This document shows positions 56,417 to 64,000 of a DNA stretch of 64,000 nucleotides, piece by piece (the first letter of the stretch is position 1; the number at the start of each line of letters is the position of its first letter). Source of the DNA: Bacteroidales bacterium (lineage in GTDB: Bacteria > Bacteroidota > Bacteroidia > Bacteroidales > UBA12077). The position numbers and the translations under genes are program-made. The DNA is taken from the NCBI GenBank assembly GCA_028282585.1, contig JANQHR010000034.1, positions 18,068-82,067 on the forward strand. Direction: 5' to 3'. The notes under the pieces are model-generated. The model was not told the DNA's origin. It did no database searches and was given only the letters and a program-made list of their open reading frames with translations.

Positions 56417-56545
56417 GATATTTTTAGGTTTACTAGAGCAATAATATTCTTTTTATACGATATTGTTTAAAAAGGTTCTATAAATTTAGAAATAAAACCT
56501 TCTTAAAGCAATCAAATTCTTAAAAACAGCATTTTATTCAATTGT

Positions 56546-59500
56546 TTATCTCATTATTGTTACTGTTCCTGATATTCGTTCGGCACCATTTTTCAGATGA
56601 ATAATATAATAATAAGCATCCATTGGTAATTTTCTACCATTGTACGTACCATCCCAATACTGATCTTCTTCATACCCTTTTGAATAGAAAACTATTTTAC
56701 CCCAACGATCAAATACTTCAATTTCTGCATTTGGATATAATCCTTGCATATCAATAACCCATGTATCATTTACACCATCATCATTTGGTGTAAATGCGGA
56801 AGGAATATCAATGCAATCATCAAAGGCACTTTTTACAATAAAAGTTGAGTCTGTTTCGCATGAACTAGAATCAGTTACAAGAACTTCATAAATGCCTGAT
56901 CTTATTTCATACAAGTTTTCTTCGTTAAATCCATCATCCCAATATATTATATATGGAGTTCTACCTCCTGAAATATTTAATTCGATTGATCCATCACGAA
57001 TATCCGGACATGTAGGCCTAACTACTGCTGGTGTTAGAGTTAGTTTATTAGGCTCATCTATTAAAATGTTAGTATCTACTTGACAATCATGAATATCTGA
57101 TATGTTAATTTGATATGTACCTGGCGGTAATTGATCACCTGAATTGGTCGTAAGTCCATTTGACCAGTTATAAGTATATTCTGGAGTTCCGCCAAACATA
57201 CTTAATGAGATATATCCATCATCTAAACCATAACATGTAATGTCTTCTTTTGTTGCGGTAAGCGTTAATGGGTCAGGTTGAGTAATTTCTACGAAAGATA
57301 CCTCAAGGCAGTTATTATCATCAACAACAGAAATACTATAATCACCCGGGGCAAGACTGGTAGCTAAGCTATCTATAAATAAAGCAGAATGACTCCACTG
57401 ATATGTATATGGAGTTATCCCTCCTTGCGGAGTTATTATGATTTGTCCGTTAGAGTAACCAAAACAGGTAATGTTTTCCGAGTAAATGTTATTTATTATC
57501 TCGTCGGGTTCCGAAATACTTATTTCATCGCTTGCAGCGCAGCCTTTAGAGTCTATTACGTTAGCCACGTATGTTCCGGATGATAATCCAGATATTGAAC
57601 TTGTTGTTTGTCCGCCCGGATTCCAGTTAATAGAATATCCTCCGTTTCCTCCTGTAATCTCAACACTTGCCATTCCATCTTCATAACCGTAACAAGACGA
57701 ATTTTCACCGGTAATTACTGCTTCTAATAGTTCAGGCTCAAATATTATTGCAGTATCATAAATTTCACAATCTTTTGCGTCAGTAATAGTAACATAATAT
57801 TGTCCCCCGGATAAATCATTTTGATCTTCTGCGGCAGAATCTAAGTTATTGCTTACCGTACCTTCCCACTTGTACTTATATGGACTTTCAGTATTACCGC
57901 CGGTAACAGTCAAATTAATACTACCATCACTATCCTCAAAACAGGTTACATCCGTAAAAGCAATTTCAGAGAAGTAATCAGGAGGTTCATTAACCATTGT
58001 AAAAGTATCTGTTTCACATCCCTTCCAATCATTTACAGTTAAATAATATGTACCACCAGATAAACCTGATTGATCGGCAGAATTAACTTCCAGTCCACTG
58101 CCATCTAAAGTAAACCAAGTATAGGTATAATCAATTTCTGTATTACCTCCAATAACATCAATTTTAATGGTTCCATCCGCATCTCCTTCACATGAAATAG
58201 ATGTTGTTTTAATGGAGTCGACTAACAATAGATTTATATTATCGATTGTAACTGAACCAGCATCTTCGCATCCAGTTGATGTTGTAGCAGTTACATAATA
58301 TTTATCGGGAGATAAATTAGATATACATCTTGTTGTTTCTCCGGTTGACCATTTATAATCAACATAACCTATGCTTGGTGCGCAAGCCCAGCCATCTGTA
58401 TCTCCAAAACATGAGACGTCGTCGTGATCAACAAATAAGTTTAATTGAGCAGGTTCTTCTACTTTCATAGTAGTATCTGATGCACAACCCTTCCAGTCTG
58501 TTATCGTAACAAAATACCAACCACCACTAAGTTGTCCAACCGAATCAGTATATTGAGGAAGAGCCCCCCAATCATAACTATACGTTCCGTTACCACCGGT
58601 AGGTGCCATTATAATATAACCATCACCAGCACTGTTACAAGATACGTCTTTAACAGTATCGATAATTGGCAAGAGTGTATCGGGCTCTTCAATAAATACC
58701 GTATCAACTTTAATACAGGATTGATTATCAGTAACTGTAACAATATATTCTCCTCGAGATAAGCCGCTGGCAGTAGAGTCGGTTTGGCCTAAAAGATCAT
58801 TCCATAAATAAGTAAATTCATTGATTCCATTTCGGGCTATAATATTTGCACTACCGTTTGATTCACCAAAACACCTTACACTATCTACAGGATTGAAATC
58901 GGTATATGCAGTCGGATGGACGGTAATAGAATCAATAACAGCAGGACCATCCGCACAACCTGTTGCAAGAGATTTGGGGGTGATAGTATATCTAACAACT
59001 TGTGGGCTAATGGCAGGATAAACTGTGGAGTTGTTTAATAAATCCTCAATTACGTGCGAGTCAGGTAAATTTGATATAGCCGTTGTATTACCTGATAATC
59101 CGGCATCAGCCAAGGATGTGTAATCAAAAGTTACATTACCGGCTGTCATTACATTTGGTGTAGTTAAGGTAATGTTGGTTCGTGTATTGTTGCAAATTGT
59201 ATCTTTTAATATAGATGTAAATACTTGTGGTGTTGGGTTAACCCAAATCTCAATATTTATAGGAACTCCCTGGCATTTTAAATTTCCAGTAGCATCTAAT
59301 GTCCAGGGCGTAATTGTGTAATGAACAATAGCAGAGTCAGTTCCGGAATTGTCGAGAATCTCTACCAGATTAGCAGAAATATCTTGACCTGCTGAATTAT
59401 CAGTGTAACCTGTAACATCAGGATCCGTTGCTGTTGCTGTCCAGGTATAAAATATTCCATTTGTTGTAGTATAGCTTGAATTTATGACTATGTTTGTTGC

Positions 59501-61489
59501 ATCACCATTACAAAGAGTATCGTTTACAGAGTTTATATTTACCGTAGGTTCTACCCAAACATCAATATTTATAGGTATTCCAGAACATTTTAGGTTGCCT
59601 GATGCATCTAATGTCCAAGGAGTAATTGTATAACGAACAATAGCAGAATCCACACCTACATTAACCAGCTGATCGTTTAGATTAATTAAAGTATCCTGAC
59701 CTACAATATTATCAGTATATCCGGAAACATCAGGATCTGTTGCACTTGATGTCCACGTATAATGTATTCCATTAGTAGTTACATTTTCTGAAGTTATGTC
59801 TAAATCAGTAAAATCACCATTGCAGATAGTATCGCTGGTTGCATCAATAATAACAGTTGGTTCAACCCAAATTACAACAGTATCGGCAGTACCTCCACAA
59901 TCAGTTGGTGATGGTCCGGTTGGGAAAATTCGATACACAACAGAATCAGCGGATAGAGTAGGATTGATGAGGGTCTGTTGTATAGTTGTATCATCAACTA
60001 AAGTCGTAGAGGTTCCTCCAATACTCCCAAAATAAAGAACTTCTAATGTATATATTGTACCATTTACGGTACTGTTTAAATCTATAAATGTGGTTTCTCC
60101 GTTACAAATAGTATCTTGTTGAGGTGTCGCTGTAACAACCGGCCTTGGGTTAACTGTTAATGTTGCCTGAGAGTTACTTTGTTTAAAGTTACCTAAGCTA
60201 TCAGTTATTATAACCCGGTATTTATAGCCACTCATTGTGGTATCCGCACTTAAAATTAATAGTGTGTCAGTATCAGAATTTGCGTATGTTGCATCATCTA
60301 CAATAGGTCTCCAAGGTCCGGAACGTTCATGTACTTCCCATTTATAACTTAATCCACCTCGCCCTGTTGATACAACATGGAACGTAGCACTTTCGCCGTC
60401 GCAAATAGCTGTGTCTTCCGGCTGTTTTTGAATCCTTGGTCTTATTTTACCCCAGCCAAATTCATGGCCAGGTGTTCCGAAAATACCACCATCCAGAGTA
60501 TTTCTATAAGTAACTGGGCCAACGGCATCTTTATGTTTTCCTTCCAGTATCCAATTTCCTCCTGCCGGCCTTTTTATTATCCTCGTTGCATTTTGAAATG
60601 GAGTTTCAAAACCGGTTCCATCTAAGCTTACATCATAATCATTCGTAAGAAATAAACCTTTGGAGAAAACACTCCAATATCCTGTGCTATCGGCATCATA
60701 AACTTCAACCGAATCAGATGGATTTACATAACCTGGGTCAGCCAATGGTAATCCTGCACTTCCCGGATCACTAAGCACAAATTCGGATAAAATAGAACCA
60801 GGTGAAGTTAGATTGTTAAATGTCAGGTTCATTGGGTTATAATTTGTTGCAGAACCTAAAGGGAAAAGGTAATTGTTAGTAGAATTTACACCTCTTTCAA
60901 ACTTACCTACAATGCGGCTACCTGTACCGGAAGTATAATTTAAAGATGTTACATCCTGGTTAATCAAATATAATGTAAAGAGACCTGTTTCAACGTTACC
61001 TCTTAAAAATCCTAAATTATTAACAACATCAACATTGCTTAATAATATAATACGGTTAGTTGCATAAGTGCTTCCAGTATTGTTAATGTTTAAGTTGTAA
61101 AACCTTTCATTTACCGGTCCTGTTATGCTTTGTAATCCACTACCAATAAAATTAACAGTACTTAACCCTTCATTAAATGTTCCACTGTTAGCCCAGTTTC
61201 CTCTTAAGTTATAAATACCATCACCCTGCGTTGTGTCAATGTTAATGTAATGTCCATTTAATTGTATAGTACCATAGTTGTTAATTGTACCAGCAGTATT
61301 TTCTAAAGTATCACCCTGGACTGCTGCGTTTGTAATGGAAATTACAGCGCCTTGGTTATTAATTACCTGTGCTTTCAGCGAATTATTTTGAATAAACATA
61401 AACATAAGCCCAAAAACCATAAGTGTTTTCAGCAGAATACCGGGCATTTTGCTTTGGATTGTGTTTGTATGTTTATTGTTCCAATTCAC
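56546..61489 (-). CDS. large T9SS type-B CTD surface protein with SprB-like and PKD-like repeats
   Basis: repeated (V/I)(S/T)C(F/Y)G..DG....GG..PY.Y.W; C-terminal IPSAFTPNDDGVNDTW..FDRWG..WDG..YYYII. Confidence 0.9.
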   Translation of the reverse strand: MNWNNKHTNTIQSKMPGILLKTLMVFGLMFMFIQNNSLKAQVINNQGAVISITNAAVQGDTLENTAGTINNYGTIQLNGHYINIDTTQGDGIYNLRGNWANSGTFNEGLSTVNFIGSGLQSITGPVNERFYNLNINNTGSTYATNRIILLSNVDVVNNLGFLRGNVETGLFTLYLINQDVTSLNYTSGTGSRIVGKFERGVNSTNNYLFPLGSATNYNPMNLTFNNLTSPGSILSEFVLSDPGSAGLPLADPGYVNPSDSVEVYDADSTGYWSVFSKGLFLTNDYDVSLDGTGFETPFQNATRIIKRPAGGNWILEGKHKDAVGPVTYRNTLDGGIFGTPGHEFGWGKIRPRIQKQPEDTAICDGESATFHVVSTGRGGLSYKWEVHERSGPWRPIVDDATYANSDTDTLLILSADTTMSGYKYRVIITDSLGNFKQSNSQATLTVNPRPVVTATPQQDTICNGETTFIDLNSTVNGTIYTLEVLYFGSIGGTSTTLVDDTTIQQTLINPTLSADSVVYRIFPTGPSPTDCGGTADTVVIWVEPTVIIDATSDTICNGDFTDLDITSENVTTNGIHYTWTSSATDPDVSGYTDNIVGQDTLINLNDQLVNVGVDSAIVRYTITPWTLDASGNLKCSGIPINIDVWVEPTVNINSVNDTLCNGDATNIVINSSYTTTNGIFYTWTATATDPDVTGYTDNSAGQDISANLVEILDNSGTDSAIVHYTITPWTLDATGNLKCQGVPINIEIWVNPTPQVFTSILKDTICNNTRTNITLTTPNVMTAGNVTFDYTSLADAGLSGNTTAISNLPDSHVIEDLLNNSTVYPAISPQVVRYTITPKSLATGCADGPAVIDSITVHPTAYTDFNPVDSVRCFGESNGSANIIARNGINEFTYLWNDLLGQTDSTASGLSRGEYIVTVTDNQSCIKVDTVFIEEPDTLLPIIDTVKDVSCNSAGDGYIIMAPTGGNGTYSYDWGALPQYTDSVGQLSGGWYFVTITDWKGCASDTTMKVEEPAQLNLFVDHDDVSCFGDTDGWACAPSIGYVDYKWSTGETTRCISNLSPDKYYVTATTSTGCEDAGSVTIDNINLLLVDSIKTTSISCEGDADGTIKIDVIGGNTEIDYTYTWFTLDGSGLEVNSADQSGLSGGTYYLTVNDWKGCETDTFTMVNEPPDYFSEIAFTDVTCFEDSDGSINLTVTGGNTESPYKYKWEGTVSNNLDSAAEDQNDLSGGQYYVTITDAKDCEIYDTAIIFEPELLEAVITGENSSCYGYEDGMASVEITGGNGGYSINWNPGGQTTSSISGLSSGTYVANVIDSKGCAASDEISISEPDEIINNIYSENITCFGYSNGQIIITPQGGITPYTYQWSHSALFIDSLATSLAPGDYSISVVDDNNCLEVSFVEITQPDPLTLTATKEDITCYGLDDGYISLSMFGGTPEYTYNWSNGLTTNSGDQLPPGTYQINISDIHDCQVDTNILIDEPNKLTLTPAVVRPTCPDIRDGSIELNISGGRTPYIIYWDDGFNEENLYEIRSGIYEVLVTDSSSCETDSTFIVKSAFDDCIDIPSAFTPNDDGVNDTWVIDMQGLYPNAEIEVFDRWGKIVFYSKGYEEDQYWDGTYNGRKLPMDAYYYIIHLKNGAERISGTVTIMR

Positions 61490-61509
61490 TAAAAGTGATA
61501 TCTATTTAT

Positions 61510-62184
61510 TTATTCTTTTATTTCAATTAATTGAATATCAAAAACTAAGGCCGTAAAAGGAGGTACCTGCCCGGGAATTCCGACAGAACCATAGGCTAAT
61601 GCTGACGGAATAAAAATTCTCCAAGTAGAACCAACTGGCATTAATTGAATAGCTTCATTTAACCCAGGAATTAAATTTGATAGCACATTTGAAATGGGCT
61701 GCTCTTGTTGATACGTATCTTCGAACACAGTTCCATCGGGAAAAACTCCTTTTGCATGGAAAACTATGGTATTTGAACTATTCGGCCGGTTTCCTTGTCC
61801 ATTCTCAATGATTAGGTAATGCACTCCGCTGGGTAAAACCCCGAAGCCGGCTTTTCCCCTGAGTGAGGCAAATAATTGCTCTTCTAACAACTTACTCCGG
61901 TCAATTTGTGCTGACAATTGATAAGCTGCAACAATAGGTGCAATGCTTGTATCGGCAACAGCTAATGGTTTATTATTAAGCGCAGCATCCATGCCTGATA
62001 GGAAGATATTGGCATTAGTTACCTTTAAATTATTATTAACCATCCATTGGCCTATGAATGCGCCTATAGCGTATTGCAATGTATCTTGCTTAGAATTTAA
62101 ATTAAATTCTTGTGGCGTTTGCTCCTGGGCAAAAGCTCCATAAGAGATTAAGATTGCTAAAAATGCAAAAGCTTTAAATTTCAT
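61510..62184 (-). CDS. FKBP-type peptidyl-prolyl isomerase (Mip/FkpA-like)
   Basis: LPSGVHY, DGTVFE, LIPGLNEAIQLMPVGS, IPSALAYG, PPFTALVFDI. Confidence 0.92.
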   Translation of the reverse strand: MKFKAFAFLAILISYGAFAQEQTPQEFNLNSKQDTLQYAIGAFIGQWMVNNNLKVTNANIFLSGMDAALNNKPLAVADTSIAPIVAAYQLSAQIDRSKLLEEQLFASLRGKAGFGVLPSGVHYLIIENGQGNRPNSSNTIVFHAKGVFPDGTVFEDTYQQEQPISNVLSNLIPGLNEAIQLMPVGSTWRIFIPSALAYGSVGIPGQVPPFTALVFDIQLIEIKE

Positions 62185-62206
62185 AAAGATTATATTTTTA
62201 ATTTTA

Positions 62207-64000
62207 TTATAAATTAATAGTCATCCATTCTGCACCTGTGTAAACAAGGAACACATAACCTCCAGCCTGTAAATCACCATCACCAGGATCAGCTCCATTT
62301 TGATTAACAATATTTGCTGCACCAGTTCCATTAAGATTCAATGTACAAGCACTAACATTAGTATTTAATGGAGAAAACAGTATAACTAGGCCTTCCACAA
62401 GAGTTGTAATACTTGCTTCTGTGGCTGTATATGTATCATTACCTCCTACGCTGTTATCTTTAACCAAATTAAAAGCGCCATTAATTAAAGTTGTTCCGCT
62501 TATTTGTACATTACTAGATTGAACTCCAGTACCATCTCCTATATTAATATCTCCAGCTGTATTTCCTGTGGCTATGTTTACAGTAGCTGCAGCTGTTCCA
62601 GTGCCAATATTTATTATTTGAGAAGCTGTTGAAGAGCCAACAGTAATAGCTCCGGTTTGAGCTGTACCTCCTATATCTATTGTTCCTGTCGTTGTAGAAG
62701 CACCAACAGAATATGTTGAAGCACCAATACCATCTAAACTGAAATTTCCAGTACCAACTCTTTGGGTTAAGGATGCAGATCCTGTAGTACTACCAATAGT
62801 TACTGCTCCACTAGATGTTCCTGTATTAATATTTGTTGCAAAATTTGAATTTGCATTTAAGTTAATTGCTGCACCAGATGCTGTTAGGCTTGTGAATGTA
62901 CCTGCTGCCGCCGTAGTACCGCCAATGATTGAGTTATCAATTGTACCACCGCTAATGGTAAGGTTATTGTCTACTTCAGCATCGCTTACCACAGAACCAA
63001 CAGCCACAAGGTCAGCAGCAGTTCCCACAGATATTGCCGTTTTTAGTTCCCATTGAGGGTCACCACTACCATCAGTAGTTAATATTTTATTAGCATCTCC
63101 CGCACCAGCCGTACCAATTTCAACAACGGTAACTGCATTATCAGCAAGTTCTGCATTTCCAATAGCATTATCCGCCATTTCAGTATTACCGATTGCATCA
63201 GTTCCTAAGTCAACCGTTCCAGTAGCCGTAAGGTCAGTGAATGTAGCAGCTGCCGCGGTAGTACCGCCAATGATTGAGTTATCAATTGTACCACCGCTAA
63301 TGGTGAGGTTGTTATCTACTTCGGCATCACTTACCACAGAACCAACAGCCACAAGGTTACTAGCCGTACCAACCGTGATGGATGATTTATCTTCATACTG
63401 AGGGTTTCCAGTTCCATCGGTAGTTAATATTTGGTCAGCAGCCCCATCTTCAATTTTAGCAAGCGTAACATTGTTATTTTGAATTTCAGTAGTTTGGATT
63501 GCGTCATTTCCAAGAGATACTGTACCAGTAGCTGTAAGGTCAGTGAATGTAGCAGCTGCCGCCGTAGTTCCGCCAATGATTGAGTTGTCGATTGTACCAC
63601 CGCTAATGGTGAGGTTGTTATCTACTTCAGCATCGCTTACAACAGATCCAGCAGCCACTAAGTTACTAGCAGTACCAACCGTAATGGATGATTTATCTTC
63701 ATATTGAGGGTTTCCTGTTCCATCGGTGGTTAGTATTTGGTCAGCAGCCCCATCTTCAATTTTAGCAAGCGTAACATTATTATTTTGAATTTCAGTAGTT
63801 TGGATTGCGTCATTTCCAAGAGATACTGTACCAGTAGCCGTAAGGTCAGTGAATGTGCCAGTCGCAGCAGAATTGGCTCCAATATTAGTACCATCAATTT
63901 CACCTGCGGCAATATCTACGGTATTTGCAATTAGCCCGTTAGTAGCAGTAATTTCGAGGGCTTCAGTTCCTTGGATTATTACATTTCCTTCTGCCAGGCT
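62207..64000 (-). CDS. large Gly/Thr/Ala-rich tandem-repeat fibre-like protein (start beyond window edge)
   Basis: frame is open from 64000 (SLAEGNVIIQGTEALE...) to the stop at 62207; ORF-track start 63658 is internal. Confidence 0.85.
   Translation of the reverse strand, partial: SLAEGNVIIQGTEALEITATNGLIANTVDIAAGEIDGTNIGANSAATGTFTDLTATGTVSLGNDAIQTTEIQNNNVTLAKIEDGAADQILTTDGTGNPQYEDKSSITVGTASNLVAAGSVVSDAEVDNNLTISGGTIDNSIIGGTTAAAATFTDLTATGTVSLGNDAIQTTEIQNNNVTLAKIEDGAADQILTTDGTGNPQYEDKSSITVGTASNLVAVGSVVSDAEVDNNLTISGGTIDNSIIGGTTAAAATFTDLTATGTVDLGTDAIGNTEMADNAIGNAELADNAVTVVEIGTAGAGDANKILTTDGSGDPQWELKTAISVGTAADLVAVGSVVSDAEVDNNLTISGGTIDNSIIGGTTAAAGTFTSLTASGAAINLNANSNFATNINTGTSSGAVTIGSTTGSASLTQRVGTGNFSLDGIGASTYSVGASTTTGTIDIGGTAQTGAITVGSSTASQIINIGTGTAAATVNIATGNTAGDINIGDGTGVQSSNVQISGTTLINGAFNLVKDNSVGGNDTYTATEASITTLVEGLVILFSPLNTNVSACTLNLNGTGAANIVNQNGADPGDGDLQAGGYVFLVYTGAEWMTINL
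62890..63856 (-). repeat. intragenic tandem repeat with periods 306, 306 and 345 bp
   Basis: CAGTGAATGT anchor at 63847, 63541 and 63235, with a variant at 62890. Confidence 0.9.

Noticed and set aside
985-63934. Numerous 60-130 aa ORFs in the track that are antisense to or nested in longer genes (e.g. 985-1194, 12268-12657, 46628-46981, 57389-57686, 63730-63934)
   Set aside because: They overlap well-supported genes, carry no recognisable motifs and look like shadow ORFs.

Overview
AT-rich chromosomal segment of a Bacteroidota bacterium, probably Bacteroidales/Marinilabiliales. Support: porZ, T9SS-type CTDs and TTTG..TAnnTTTG promoters. Positions 1-13.9 kb are an accessory region downstream of tRNA-Gln(TTG). 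Unrelated minus-strand genes are separated by a family of ~135-155 bp imperfect palindromes with integron attC-like architecture. Two attI-like half-sites each follow a copy of a ~165 bp direct repeat containing the tRNA 3' end, and these repeats bracket a Fur/Zur-COG0523-MerC islet. No integrase is visible in the window. The middle is largely core or semi-core: pspC/padR locus, DUF2797, sensor adenylate cyclase-HD fusion, usp, rdgB, porZ, recO, an aminotransferase homolog lacking its PLP lysine, GH3, deoxynucleoside kinase, kbl, mqo and LytS/LytTR. At 44.9-48.8 kb is a compact acpS + AcsA-like ligase + DltC-like carrier protein + second Kbl-like cluster with a repeated leader motif, followed by tRNA-Asn. 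The right end is a minus-strand surface/signalling cluster: tandem-repeat fibre-like protein (cut by the window edge), FKBP, type-B CTD adhesin, OmpL47-like protein, TPR-PP2C-REC and two SiaC-like proteins. All family calls come from motifs recognised by eye; no searches were run.
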